Shown piece by piece: positions 34,066 through 44,035 of a DNA stretch of 64,000 nt (positions within the stretch are counted from its first letter, which is position 1; each line of letters begins with the position of its first letter). Below the pieces are notes generated by a model. It saw only the letters and a program-made list of their open reading frames with translations, was not told where the DNA came from and searched no databases. A program made the translations under genes and the position numbers. Origin of the DNA: Acidimicrobiia bacterium (GTDB taxonomy: Bacteria > Actinomycetota > Acidimicrobiia > Acidimicrobiales > VFJN01); NCBI GenBank assembly GCA_009694375.1, contig SHVB01000016.1:189-64188 (forward strand), in the 5' to 3' direction.

Positions 34066-35160
34066 GTGAAGTTCCGATGTGAGCGTGATGTTCTCGTAGA
34101 AGCACTCGGAGTTGCCGGCCGTGCGGCCGCTGGGCGCGGTAGTTCCTTGCCCGTGCTTTCTGGAGTACGAGTGGAACTGGTGGGGAATTCGCTGCAGATC
34201 ACCGGAACAGACCTGGAATTGACGATCTCGGTAGAGGTGGAAGTTTCTGGCAGTGCCGACGGTGTAGTGGTACTTCCTGGCCGACTGGCTTCGGACATTG
34301 TGCGAGCGCTGCCTGCTGGCAGCGTGGAAATCGAGGTAGCCAACGACGAAGCCCAGATCACCGCGGGACGGTCCAAGTTCAGCCTGCGGGTGCTTCCGGC
34401 CGATGAGTTCCCTCGGATCACTGAAGCCAACGGACAACCAGTGAGCCTGGCCAGCGATGAATTGGCTCTGGCGCTATCGCAGGTGGTTCGTGCCGCGTCC
34501 AATGACGACGCCCGTCCGATTCTCACGGGAGTGTTGCTGGCCGCTGAACCCGGAGGTTTACGGTTGGTAGCCACCGACTCCTACCGTCTTGCCATTCGTG
34601 ATCTCCCCGGTACGAACGTTCTTGAAGAGGGCCAACACGTTCTTATTCCGTCCCGGGCACTACAGGAGTTGGCCCGGGTGCTTTCGGCCGGCGACACCCT
34701 GGCGGTAAGTCTGGGTGAACGAGATGTGAGTTTCGAGGTGGGTGGAACCCGCTTGACCTCGGTCTTGATCGAAGGGGAATTCCCGCCCTACGAGCGCTTG
34801 ATCCCTCAGTCGCAGCCGAACCGACTCACGGTGGGTCGAGAGGTATTCCTCGAAGCGGTACGGCGAGTGAAACTTTTGGCCCGGGAAGCCACTCCAGTGC
34901 GATTGGCCATGTCTAGTGAGGGCCTGGAATTGGTTGCCGTCACACAAGACGTAGGCCAGGCCAGCGAAAGCCTCGACGCCAAGTTTGAGGGTACCGAACT
35001 CACTGTGGCGTTCAACCCGGACTACTTGCTCCAGGGCATCGAGGTTGCCCCCGGCGATGAAGTAACCATCGAAACCGTGGATGCGCTCAAGCCGGCCATC
35101 TTGAGGGTTCCCGAGCACCCCGAGTTCCTGTACCTACTCATGCCGGTGCGGGTGTCCTAG
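34066..35160 (+). CDS. dnaN: DNA polymerase III beta sliding clamp
   Basis: MKFRCERDVLVEALGVAGRA... 364 aa. Three-domain clamp pattern and position after dnaA. GTG start. Confidence 0.95.
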   Translation: MKFRCERDVLVEALGVAGRAAAGRGSSLPVLSGVRVELVGNSLQITGTDLELTISVEVEVSGSADGVVVLPGRLASDIVRALPAGSVEIEVANDEAQITAGRSKFSLRVLPADEFPRITEANGQPVSLASDELALALSQVVRAASNDDARPILTGVLLAAEPGGLRLVATDSYRLAIRDLPGTNVLEEGQHVLIPSRALQELARVLSAGDTLAVSLGERDVSFEVGGTRLTSVLIEGEFPPYERLIPQSQPNRLTVGREVFLEAVRRVKLLAREATPVRLAMSSEGLELVAVTQDVGQASESLDAKFEGTELTVAFNPDYLLQGIEVAPGDEVTIETVDALKPAILRVPEHPEFLYLLMPVRVS

Positions 35161-35203
35161 AGCCGTTCAGTTCCTCGAAGAACGGCGATGAAGAAGGGTT
35201 GCC

Positions 35204-36283
35204 ATGCGGTTGGATCGGGTGTGGCTGGCGGATGTCCGGTCCTATGTGACCGCGGAAATCGAGTTATCTCCTGGGCTTACGGTGTTGCTCGGGCGCAACG
35301 GTGAAGGCAAGACCAATGTCCTGGAAGCCGTTGGTTTCTTAGCCACCTTGGGGTCGTTCCGGGGAGCCCCTACTGAGGCGTTGATTCGACAGGGCGCTAG
35401 TAGCGCGGTCATACGGGCCGAAGGGGAGCGGGAAGGCCGGTCGCTGCTAATCGAGACGGAACTGGTGGCCAGCGGTCGTAATCGGGTGCTGGTGAATCGC
35501 CAACCACTCAAACGGGCCCGGGATCTCCTGGGGGTGCTGCGAGTCACCGTGTTTGCCCCCGATGACCTCGACCTTGTCAAAGGCGGGCCGGCAGGCCGTC
35601 GGCGGTATCTTGATGACGCCTTAGTGGCCTCTCATCCCCGCTACGACGCTCTCCAGAGCGAAGTGGACAAGGTGCTGAAACAGCGCAATGCGCTTCTGAA
35701 GGGGGCCCAAGGCCGACTCGATGAGGGGGCGGCGTTCACTCTCGACGTCTGGGATGCGAAATTGGTGGAATCCGGGGGCCGCCTCGCCGAGGCCCGGCAA
35801 CACCTTCTCCACCGCCTGCGGCCACTGTTGTCACAAACCTATGACGCGGTGGCCAACCGTCCGGCGGCCGTCACCGTGAGGTATGTGGCCGATTGGACTG
35901 AGGTGGGGCTGGCCAAGGCTCTGGCCACCAGCCGACGAGATGATGTGAGACGGGGGGTATCCACCATCGGGCCCCATCGCGACGACATCGAGCTACGCAT
36001 CGGGGGCTTACCTGCCCGTACCCATGCGTCGCAAGGAGAGCAACGCTCTTTGGCCCTAGCGCTGCGCCTGGCGGCTCATCACGTGATCACCGATGTGACC
36101 GGCAGTGCGCCGGTACTGCTCTTGGACGATGTCTTTTCCGAACTGGACCCCGATCGAAGCGACGCGCTGCTGGCGAACTTGCCGGCCGGACAGACGCTGC
36201 TGACCAGCGCCAGCGGTCTCCCGCCCAAAGCCACACCCGATCGGATCCTGCGCGTCCACGATGGTCAGATCACCCTCGGATGA
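35204..36283 (+). CDS. recF: DNA replication and repair protein RecF
   Basis: Walker A GRNGEGKTNVLEA, signature SQGEQRSLALAL and Walker B VLLLDDV. Confidence 0.95.
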   Translation: MRLDRVWLADVRSYVTAEIELSPGLTVLLGRNGEGKTNVLEAVGFLATLGSFRGAPTEALIRQGASSAVIRAEGEREGRSLLIETELVASGRNRVLVNRQPLKRARDLLGVLRVTVFAPDDLDLVKGGPAGRRRYLDDALVASHPRYDALQSEVDKVLKQRNALLKGAQGRLDEGAAFTLDVWDAKLVESGGRLAEARQHLLHRLRPLLSQTYDAVANRPAAVTVRYVADWTEVGLAKALATSRRDDVRRGVSTIGPHRDDIELRIGGLPARTHASQGEQRSLALALRLAAHHVITDVTGSAPVLLLDDVFSELDPDRSDALLANLPAGQTLLTSASGLPPKATPDRILRVHDGQITLG

Positions 36284-36653
36284 ATTCGGGGGTTGTGGGG
36301 CTACCCAAACAACGCGAGCATCAGGCATGGTCGCTCGCCCTCTTCCCGGTCCAGGACCCGGTCCCCAACGGGTGGGGGTGGCCCTTGATGCGGTGATGCG
36401 AGGCCTGGGCGCGCCGGAGGCCAGCGGTGTGCATCTGGTCTTCGACCGTTGGTCGACGGTGGTGGGAGAGGCTCTGGCGGCCCACACCCGTCCGCTCAAA
36501 ATCGAAGGAAAACGTTTGGTGTTGGCGGTGGACGAGCCGGCGATTGCCACGCACGTGAAGTTCCTCCAAGCGGAGTTGTTGGAGCGGTTGAGTGAGCTTC
36601 TCGGCCCGGATCGGGTGACCGCCATCGACCTCCGGGTTGGTCCCAAGCGGTAG
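36261..36653 (+). CDS. DUF721 domain protein (Rv0004/DciA-like)
   Basis: WSTVVGEALAAHTRPLKIEGKRLVLAVDEPAIATHVKFLQAELLERL. Located between recF and gyrB. The start may be the ATG at 36327. Confidence 0.7.
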   Translation: MVRSPSDEFGGCGATQTTRASGMVARPLPGPGPGPQRVGVALDAVMRGLGAPEASGVHLVFDRWSTVVGEALAAHTRPLKIEGKRLVLAVDEPAIATHVKFLQAELLERLSELLGPDRVTAIDLRVGPKR

Positions 36654-36834
36654 TCCCAAAGGTGTGGTCACTTTCGGCTGGTAATGACCTGATTTTACCC
36701 CTCAACCTGGTATGCTGACGGCGTTGTGATTCGGGCGTCTGACCAGGGTTTTTACTTCGATTTCCCTGGCGTTTTCCCCCTACGCAGCCCGGATGCTCCA
36801 GGCGCCGGGCCCACCATCTAAACGAGGTCCATTC

Positions 36835-38760
36835 GTGGCGCAGTCCGAGGGGTCTTACGGGGCCAACAGCATGCAGGTTCTGGAGGGGCTCGATCCTGTT
36901 CGTAAACGCCCTGGCATGTACATCGGCAGCACCGGGCCCACTGGTCTTCACCATTGTGTTTGGGAGGTGGTGGACAACTCGGTGGATGAGGCCATGGCTG
37001 GCCACGCCACTCGAATCGAGATCTCCTTACTGCCCGACGGCGGCTGCCGGGTAGTGGACGATGGACGCGGGATTCCTACCGACATCAACAAGCAGCAGAA
37101 GATGAGCGGGGTGGAGATCGCCCTTACGAAACTGCACGGCGGCGGAAAGTTCGGCGGCGACGGGTACAAGGTTTCTGGTGGGCTGCACGGTGTTGGGGTG
37201 TCGGTGGTGAACGCCCTCTCCCGAAAACTCATCGTGGAGGTGGACCGCGGTGGACAGCGCTACCAAATGACCTTCGAGAACGGCGGAGTACCCAGCAGCA
37301 CACTCGAGGTGGTCGGCACCTCGCCCCGCGGCCGCACCGGCACCACCGTCACGTTCTGGCCGGACGGTTCTATTTTCGAAACCACCGAGTTTTCCGCCCG
37401 TACGATTCTCGAACGCCTCCAGATGATGGCGTTCTTGAACAAGGGCCTGGAGATCGTGTTCACCGACGAACGGCCCGAGCATGCCGCCCCGGCGGTTACC
37501 TACCGTTACGCCGGCGGCATCATCGATTTTGTCAAGCATCTCAATACCTCCAAAGAGGCACTCTTCGCCAAGGTGGGGTACTACGAGTTGGCCGAAGAAG
37601 AACAAGAAGTGGAGGTGGCGTTCCAGTGGAACACGGGGTACAACGCCGACGGCATCCACTCCTTCGCCAATGGGATCAACACGACCGAGGGTGGGTCGCA
37701 CGAGGAAGGGTTCAAAGCGGCCCTCACCACCGTGGTGAACAAGCACGCCCGAGCCAAGAACCTGCTCAAAGAGAAAGAGCCGAACCTGCTCGGCGAAGAC
37801 ATCCGCGAAGGCATCACGGCAATCCTCTCGGTGCGTCTGCGCGAGCCACAGTTCGAGGGACAAACCAAAGGCAAACTGGGGAACACCAGCGTGAAGACGC
37901 TGGTGCAGAAGGCCACCAACGACAAATTGGGTCAGTGGTTCGAAGAAAACCCCGCTGAGGCCAACAAGATGGTGAAGAAGGCCCTCGCGGGGGCCCAAGC
38001 CCGCATGGCGGCCAAAAAGGCGCGAGACGTCATCCGGTCCAAGACTCTGCTCGACGGCGCCGGAATGCCCGACAAGTTGAAAGACTGCAGTTCTAAGAAC
38101 CGCGAGGAGCGCGAACTGTTCATCGTGGAGGGCGATTCGGCGGGCGGTTCAGCCGTAAGTGCCCGAGATCCTCTACGGCAAGCGATTCTGCCTATCCGCG
38201 GCAAAATCCTCAACGTGGAACGAGCGCGCCTCGACAAGATGCTGCGCAATCTCGAGGTCCAGGCGCTCATCGCGGCCATCGGGGCCGGGGTGGGGGAGGA
38301 GTTTGACGTAGAAAAACGCCGCTACGACAAGGTTTGTATTCTCGCCGACGCCGATGTGGATGGCCTACATATCCGCACTCTGCTCCTGACCTTCTTCTAC
38401 CGCCAAATGAAGCCCCTGGTGGAACACGGACACGTATTCATCTGTCAGCCCCCGCTGTATTCCACCGAGGTCAGCAAGGCGAAGGTGTACCTGAAAGACG
38501 ACCATGCCAAGGATCTCTTCCTGCGAGACAATCCGAATCACAAGAAGGACTTCGGTCGTCTCAAAGGTTTGGGGGAGATGGACGCGGAGGAGTTGCGGGT
38601 CACCACGATGGAAGATGGTCTCCGCACGTTGCTTCGGGTCACCGCCGAACAGGCTGCCCTGGCCGACGACACCGTCTCCACCCTCATGGGCGACGTAGTG
38701 GAAGTACGCAAGGCCTTCATCGTGAATAACGCTAAGGACGCGAGGTTCCTGGACATCTGA
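36835..38760 (+). CDS. gyrB: DNA gyrase subunit B
   Basis: [33 protein letters not shown], the EGDSAGG Toprim motif and [10 protein letters not shown]. Start is GTG at 36835 or the upstream ATG at 36793. Confidence 0.95.
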   Translation: MAQSEGSYGANSMQVLEGLDPVRKRPGMYIGSTGPTGLHHCVWEVVDNSVDEAMAGHATRIEISLLPDGGCRVVDDGRGIPTDINKQQKMSGVEIALTKLHGGGKFGGDGYKVSGGLHGVGVSVVNALSRKLIVEVDRGGQRYQMTFENGGVPSSTLEVVGTSPRGRTGTTVTFWPDGSIFETTEFSARTILERLQMMAFLNKGLEIVFTDERPEHAAPAVTYRYAGGIIDFVKHLNTSKEALFAKVGYYELAEEEQEVEVAFQWNTGYNADGIHSFANGINTTEGGSHEEGFKAALTTVVNKHARAKNLLKEKEPNLLGEDIREGITAILSVRLREPQFEGQTKGKLGNTSVKTLVQKATNDKLGQWFEENPAEANKMVKKALAGAQARMAAKKARDVIRSKTLLDGAGMPDKLKDCSSKNREERELFIVEGDSAGGSAVSARDPLRQAILPIRGKILNVERARLDKMLRNLEVQALIAAIGAGVGEEFDVEKRRYDKVCILADADVDGLHIRTLLLTFFYRQMKPLVEHGHVFICQPPLYSTEVSKAKVYLKDDHAKDLFLRDNPNHKKDFGRLKGLGEMDAEELRVTTMEDGLRTLLRVTAEQAALADDTVSTLMGDVVEVRKAFIVNNAKDARFLDI

Positions 38761-41225
38761 TGTCAGATCAAACCCCCCCCACTGACGGGCCCGTGCGCGA
38801 AGCCATCGAACCGATCGAGATCCAGGAGGAGATGGAATCCTCGTTCCTCGACTATGCGATGTCGGTTATCACCACCCGCGCTCTGCCCGACGCGCGCGAC
38901 GGCCTGAAACCAGTGCACCGGCGGATTTTGTACGGGATGTACGAACTCGGGGCGCGCCCCGACCGCTCCCACATGAAGTGCGCCCGCGTTACCGGCGACG
39001 TCATGGGGAAGTACCACCCCCACGGTGAGGGATCGATCTACGACGCGCTCGTGCGTATGGCGCAGGACTTCTCGCTGCGCCACCCGCTGGTAGACGGACA
39101 CGGCAACTTCGGCAGCCCCGACTTCGGCGCGGCGGCCTCCCGCTACACCGAGTGCCGACTGGATCCCATCGCCATGCGGATGCTCGACGGCATCGACGAG
39201 AACACGGTGGACAAGTCCGATAACTACTCGGGCGACGAAACCGAACCGGATGTGCTCCCGGCGCGATTCCCCAACCTGTTGGTGAACGGGAGCCAGGGCA
39301 TCGCGGTGGGGATGGCCACCAACATTCCGCCCCACAACCTCGGCGAGGTGATCAACGCCACCATCCACCTCATCGACCACCCCGAGGCCAGCCCCGATGA
39401 CCTGATGCAGTTCGTCCAGGGACCTGATTTCCCGACCGGGGCTCTCATCATGGGCCGCCAGGGCATTCTTGATGCCTATCGCACCGGAAAAGGATCGATC
39501 CGACTGCGGGCGGTGTGCGAGATCGAGGAAGGCAGTGGACGCAGCGGCGACCAGATCGTGGTGACCGAGATGCCCTACCAGACCTCCATCTCGGTGACCG
39601 CGGCTCGCATCGCGGAGTTGGTGCAAACCCGGTCCATCGAGGGCATCAGTGATGTGAACGACGAATCCGCCCGGGGCAAAACCCGTCTCGTGATCAAGTT
39701 GAAGAAGGATGCGCCGGGCCTGGTCATCTTGAACAACCTCTACAAGCACACCCCGTTGCAGACGAACTTCTCGGTGAACACGGTGGCCCTGGTGGGGGGC
39801 ATTCCCCGCACGCTAAACCTGGTGCAGGCGCTGCAGGCCTACGTTGATCACCAGGCCGAGGTCATCCGCCGCCGCTCTGAGTTCCGCCTCAAAAAGGCCG
39901 GCGACCGGGCCCACATCGTGGAGGGCTTGCTCAAAGCCGTTGACGTGATCGACGCCATCATCGCGCTCATCCGGGCCTCGGATGATCGTGCGGAGGCGCG
40001 CGTGGGCCTCACTTCGGCTCCCTACAACTTCTCCGACGTGCAGGCAGAGCACATTCTCGAAATGAAGTTGGGTCAACTCACTCGCTTGGCGCGGGTTGAT
40101 CTCGAAACCGAGATGGCCAACCTACGGGAGGTGATCGCCGGGCTCGAAGCGATCCTCGGCGATGAAGGTGTGTTGCGCACGGTAATGAAGGATGAGCTAA
40201 CCGAGGTGCGCGACAAGTTCGCCGACGCCCGCCGCTCCAAGATCACCCTCGACCTCGGTGACGTAAACATCGAAGACCTCATCGACGACGAGGAACTGGT
40301 GGTCACCCTCTCGGCTCGTGGCTACATCAAAACGGTGCTGGCCGATGCCTTCCGCTCGCAGGGCCGGGGCGGGCGCGGCGTGGCGGGCGCGAAACTTCGC
40401 GATGAGGACTACGTGACGCAGATCCTCACCACTACCGCTCATGCGTACCTGCTGTTCTTCTCCAACTTGGGGCGTGTCTATCGCCTCAAGGCCCACGAGA
40501 TTCCGAAGAAGGAACGCACCGCTCGGGGGACGGCGATGCCCAACCTCCTGCAACTTCAGCCGGGGGAGCACATCCAAACGATCATCGACACCCGCGACTA
40601 CGAGACCAGTCGTTTCTTGTTCTTCACCACCAAGCAGGGGCAGGTGAAGAAAACAAAGTTCAATGACTACGACTCGTCGTTGCGCACCGGGATCATCGCC
40701 ATCAATCTTCGGGGGGGCGACGAACTCGTGAAGGTCATTCCTACCAACGGGAGCGACGACATCTTGATGCTCAGCAAGTTGGGCCAGGCCATCCGTTTCA
40801 CGGAAGGCGACGTGCGACCCATGGGCCGAGCCGCCGCAGGGGTGAGGGGCATGAAATTGCGCACCGGCGACGAAGTGGTGAGCCTCGACAGCTGTCGCGA
40901 CGACGTAGCCATGCTGATCGTTACCGATGCCGGTTACGGCAAACGCACCCAGTTGGAGCACTTCAACCGCCAAGGCCGCGGCGGGCAGGGAGTGCGGGGA
41001 ATCAAAATCACAGCCAAAAAGGGACACGTGGTGGCGGCCTTCATGGTGGGCCTTGACGACGAGATTTTCGTGGTGAACTCGGTGGGAACGCTCATTCGTA
41101 TGCCGGTGAGGGAGATCTCTTCTCAGGGACGCGACGCAACCGGCGTGCGGGTTATGAACCTCGACGACAACGAAACAGTGGCGTCGGTAGCCCCGGTTCT
41201 TTCCGCCGACGACGACACAAGCTGA
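38760..41225 (+). CDS. gyrA: DNA gyrase subunit A
   Basis: [19 protein letters not shown] (catalytic Tyr region) and C-terminal beta-pinwheel repeats. The start overlaps the gyrB stop. Confidence 0.95.
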   Translation: MSDQTPPTDGPVREAIEPIEIQEEMESSFLDYAMSVITTRALPDARDGLKPVHRRILYGMYELGARPDRSHMKCARVTGDVMGKYHPHGEGSIYDALVRMAQDFSLRHPLVDGHGNFGSPDFGAAASRYTECRLDPIAMRMLDGIDENTVDKSDNYSGDETEPDVLPARFPNLLVNGSQGIAVGMATNIPPHNLGEVINATIHLIDHPEASPDDLMQFVQGPDFPTGALIMGRQGILDAYRTGKGSIRLRAVCEIEEGSGRSGDQIVVTEMPYQTSISVTAARIAELVQTRSIEGISDVNDESARGKTRLVIKLKKDAPGLVILNNLYKHTPLQTNFSVNTVALVGGIPRTLNLVQALQAYVDHQAEVIRRRSEFRLKKAGDRAHIVEGLLKAVDVIDAIIALIRASDDRAEARVGLTSAPYNFSDVQAEHILEMKLGQLTRLARVDLETEMANLREVIAGLEAILGDEGVLRTVMKDELTEVRDKFADARRSKITLDLGDVNIEDLIDDEELVVTLSARGYIKTVLADAFRSQGRGGRGVAGAKLRDEDYVTQILTTTAHAYLLFFSNLGRVYRLKAHEIPKKERTARGTAMPNLLQLQPGEHIQTIIDTRDYETSRFLFFTTKQGQVKKTKFNDYDSSLRTGIIAINLRGGDELVKVIPTNGSDDILMLSKLGQAIRFTEGDVRPMGRAAAGVRGMKLRTGDEVVSLDSCRDDVAMLIVTDAGYGKRTQLEHFNRQGRGGQGVRGIKITAKKGHVVAAFMVGLDDEIFVVNSVGTLIRMPVREISSQGRDATGVRVMNLDDNETVASVAPVLSADDDTS

Positions 41226-41265
41226 TTCGGCTCGTCCGGATTTTTCTCTTCTTCCCCCTTCACCC

Positions 41266-41601
41266 GTGGCGATACGCGCCCGAGTCGAGGAGGTCGTCGT
41301 GGGACGACAAGAACACGAGTGTGGCCAAACCGTTCCGTTGGTCTTGGCGGTGCTGCTGATCGCCGTAGTGGTGGCCATCGGGATGGTGCCTGTGGTGCAC
41401 CGCGCCCAAAACCAGGCCGCCGCTCGGACCGCCGCCGACGCCGCGGCATTGGCGGGCGCCGCGGAAGGGGAAGATGCGGCCCGTGAGGTAGCCGCCGCCA
41501 ACGGGGCGGAGGTGACGACGTGGCGAGCCGAGGGCAATGAGGTGTGGGTGGTGATTGACCGGGGTGGAACGAGTGCGGAAGCGAAGGCGCAACGCGACTA
41601 A
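41266..41601 (+). CDS. TadE-like (Rv3654c-family-like) small membrane protein, orphan
   Basis: GQTVPLVLAVLLIAVVVAIGMV hydrophobic segment, then AADAAALAGAAEG...AAANGAEVTTWRAEGNEVWVVI. The pattern is recalled from the TadE-like/helicase-secretion-neighbourhood family. Confidence 0.45.
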   Translation: MAIRARVEEVVVGRQEHECGQTVPLVLAVLLIAVVVAIGMVPVVHRAQNQAAARTAADAAALAGAAEGEDAAREVAAANGAEVTTWRAEGNEVWVVIDRGGTSAEAKAQRD

Positions 41602-41640
41602 GGGCGCATGTATGCGGCTGAGTGATGGGGGGCCAGCCCT

Positions 41641-42333
41641 ATGCTTACGGCGATGGTTTCCGATCCCGCTGGCGCATCGATGCCCATTGGCACCCGGGTG
41701 GGCGACGCGGCGACAGAGGAACTTCGTTCTCGGCGTGCCTCTGACGCCGCTCACGGAATCAGTCGGCCGCCGGCGAAGGGGGGCAAAGACCCGTCACGGC
41801 CCGGGAGCAGTCGTGATCGCGTCCGGGCCCGCAAGGTGCAGCGGGTGGTCCGCCACATCGACCCGTGGTCGGTTCTGAAGCTCTCGTTGCTGTTTTTCCT
41901 GGCGCTGGTCGTCATCATCTGTATCGCATTGGCTCTGTTGTGGGGGGGCGCCCGCAGTACCGGCACCCTGGGTGGCGTGGAGGACTTCATCACCGAGGTG
42001 GGGGGCTTCGGCAACTGCCCTGAACCCGTGGGTGAGGTCCCGGCGGTGCCAGCTGTGCCATCCGCTGACCAACCGGTCACCGCCGTCCCCACTGGGGATC
42101 AGAGCTGCGTCGGTGGCGCTGAACTGCAGGACACCTTCCGATTCGAGGACAGGAAGATCTTTGCGGCCGTTGCCCTTGGAGGGTTTGTGCTCGTGTTCGC
42201 CGGTTCGATGGGTGCCGTGGTGATGGCGCTGCTGTTCAACGTGCTGAGCGACCTCACCGGGGGGGTACGGATAACGGTGCTGGAGGAGGATCCCAGCCCC
42301 CGATCGGCCGGTACCGGCTCGCCGGGGCGCTAG
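41641..42333 (+). CDS. DUF3566 domain membrane protein (Rv0007-type)
   Basis: RHIDPWSVLKLSLLFFLALVVIICIALALLW and C-terminal MALLFNVLSDLTGGVRITVLEED. Located between gyrA and tRNA-Ile, as in mycobacteria. Confidence 0.7.
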   Translation: MLTAMVSDPAGASMPIGTRVGDAATEELRSRRASDAAHGISRPPAKGGKDPSRPGSSRDRVRARKVQRVVRHIDPWSVLKLSLLFFLALVVIICIALALLWGGARSTGTLGGVEDFITEVGGFGNCPEPVGEVPAVPAVPSADQPVTAVPTGDQSCVGGAELQDTFRFEDRKIFAAVALGGFVLVFAGSMGAVVMALLFNVLSDLTGGVRITVLEEDPSPRSAGTGSPGR

Positions 42334-42370
42334 GGCGGCGGCTATCTTCGCAGTTCCCGGCGCTGCACCC

Positions 42371-42447
42371 GGGGCTATAGCTCAGTCGGTTAGAGCGCAT
42401 CCCTGATAAGGATGAGGTCGGAAGTTCGATTCTTCCTAGCCCCACCA
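42371..42447 (+). tRNA. tRNA-Ile (anticodon GAT), CCA encoded
   Basis: Cloverleaf read by hand. Acceptor GGGGCTA/TAGCCCC, D arm GCTC-AGTCGGTTA-GAGC, anticodon arm CATCC-CTGATAA-GGATG, T arm GGAAG-TTCGATT-CTTCC, discriminator A, then CCA. Confidence 0.95.
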
Positions 42448-42458
42448 GTCCTGACCCG
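42399..42458 (+). repeat. attL-like direct repeat (3' half of tRNA-Ile plus 11 bp)
   Basis: Positions 42399-42437 are identical to 45638-45676 (39 of 39). The match extends to 55 of 60 through 42458/45697. Confidence 0.85.
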
Positions 42459-42565
42459 CGAGTCCGTCGCCATACTGCGATGGCCGCCCCGCCCGAACCG
42501 GGCCCAGGCCGCCGTCCTCGAGTGCTGCCGTCGGGTGAGGTCTCAAGGCACCCAACTGCCTCGCC

Positions 42566-43126
42566 TCAGCTGACACGGGGGTCGTCGGCCAGAAGCAGTG
42601 CGAGGGCTTTGCGGGCGCGGTGGATGGCGACGTCGATGGCGCCTGGCTCTTTGCCGAGCTCGGCGGCGATGTCCTTGGTCGACCGGCCGGCTACGTAGCG
42701 GGCTTCGATGAGGAACCGGGCTTCGGGGGACAGGCTGTCCAGGGCTTGCTCGATCACGATCTGCAGGACGGACTGGACGCTGGGGCTCGACATGCCGAGG
42801 GGCAGCTCCTGGACCAGGCGCGCGTAGTGCTGGTCGGGCCCGAAGTCGCCGTCGGCATCTTGTCGCGGTGGAGGAAAGGTTCCCTGCCGGCCGAAGGGAA
42901 CGTCCCGGTGCAGCTTCTTGCCGATGCGGCGGGCGTCGTTGGCGGCGACCTTCCAGACCCACCCATCTCGCTTGTCCGGGTCGATGTCGTCGAGTCCCTC
43001 GATGAGCTCCATCACGGCGTGGTTGGCCGCGCCTTCGAACACCTGGTCATCGCTGGAGATGGTCTTGGCTGCCTTGAGTGCGATCTTTCGGAAGTAGACC
43101 AACTCTTCGTCGCTCAGCTCCCCCAT
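42566..43126 (-). CDS. divergent sigma-70 family (ECF-like, two-domain) sigma factor
   Basis: Region-2-like NHAVMELIEGLDDIDPDKRDGWVWKVAANDARR. Region-4 HTH LSPEARFLIEARYVAGRSTKDIAAELGKEPGAIDVAIHRARKAL. No adjacent anti-sigma gene. Confidence 0.7.
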   Translation of the reverse strand: MGELSDEELVYFRKIALKAAKTISSDDQVFEGAANHAVMELIEGLDDIDPDKRDGWVWKVAANDARRIGKKLHRDVPFGRQGTFPPPRQDADGDFGPDQHYARLVQELPLGMSSPSVQSVLQIVIEQALDSLSPEARFLIEARYVAGRSTKDIAAELGKEPGAIDVAIHRARKALALLLADDPRVS

Positions 43127-43287
43127 GCCCTCGAAGGCTACGGGTCAGGCCGGCCCGCCGCTGGCGACAGCCCGCAAGGGCCCCCGCAAGAGATTCGCGA
43201 GACCCGGTGTAAGAAATCGCCCCTCGGATGACTCCTCTTCATTGAAGGGCACTTGACCCGAGCGCCCCATCGAAAGGAGTCACGAAC

Positions 43288-43881
43288 GTGACCATCAAGC
43301 CCAACCTCGACTTCGTCACCGATCGCATCGCCACCGGCGGCGACCTACCCCATCGCCGGGAGGACGCCGCCGCGGCCCTTCGGGTCTGGCAGGACCTCGG
43401 GATCACCCACGTGATCGATAATCGGCAGGAGTGGACCGACGAGGACCTCGTGGCCCACCTCGCCCCCGAGATGAGGTACCTCTGCAACGGGGTCGCTGAC
43501 GCCGGCAACGGCCAACCGGACCATTGGTTCGACGACGGTGTCGCCTGGGCCCGGGAGGCGTTGAGCGATCCCGACGCCAAGGTGCTCATCCACTGTCACA
43601 TGGGCATCAACCGGGGGCCGTCGTTGGCCTACGCCGTCTTGCTCGATCAGGGCGTCGACCCGGTGGACGCGGTCGACGCCATCCGTACCGCCCGCCCCAT
43701 CGCCGGAGTGTCCTACGCCGAGGACGCCCTCGGTTGGTTCCACCGCCGCCACGACGTCGACCCCGCCCGCCGGTCCGAGGACCGTCGCCGGCTCGCCCAG
43801 TGGCGCCACGAGAACCATATCGACGTCGTTCGCATCATCCGCAGCATCCGCCAGGACGAAGCGGCCGCCCGGGTCGCCTGA
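43288..43881 (+). CDS. dual-specificity / Tyr-phosphatase-like protein (CX5R)
   Basis: Active-site loop VLIHCHMGINRGPS (HCX5R[S/T]). GAAAGGAG ribosome-binding site 8 nt upstream of the GTG at 43288. Confidence 0.7.
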   Translation: MTIKPNLDFVTDRIATGGDLPHRREDAAAALRVWQDLGITHVIDNRQEWTDEDLVAHLAPEMRYLCNGVADAGNGQPDHWFDDGVAWAREALSDPDAKVLIHCHMGINRGPSLAYAVLLDQGVDPVDAVDAIRTARPIAGVSYAEDALGWFHRRHDVDPARRSEDRRRLAQWRHENHIDVVRIIRSIRQDEAAARVA

Positions 43882-43927
43882 CCCGCCACCTATCCGTACC
43901 AACACCCACCCAACCAGGAGATCCCCA

Positions 43928-44035
43928 ATGAGAAGCGTCACCGTCGAGCTCAACGACAACGAGTTCGCCCAGTACGTCACGGACCAGTGGCACTGGAAGC
44001 AGGACTTCACCGATTCCACCGAAGTCTACCGATGA
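43928..44035 (+). CDS. 35-codon micro-ORF (MRSVTVELNDNEFAQYVTDQWHWKQDFTDSTEVYR)
   Basis: AGGAGA ribosome-binding site 6 nt upstream of the ATG. Its stop overlaps the ATG of the next ORF (cgATGAgg at 44032-44035). It falls below the 60-aa cutoff of the supplied ORF track. Confidence 0.4.
   Translation: MRSVTVELNDNEFAQYVTDQWHWKQDFTDSTEVYR

Noticed and set aside
37027-41537. Several 300-450-aa minus-strand ORFs opposite gyrB and gyrA (37027-37998, 38763-39749, 40197-41537)
   Set aside because: They are antisense to the gyrase genes, lack motifs and show mirror codon bias.
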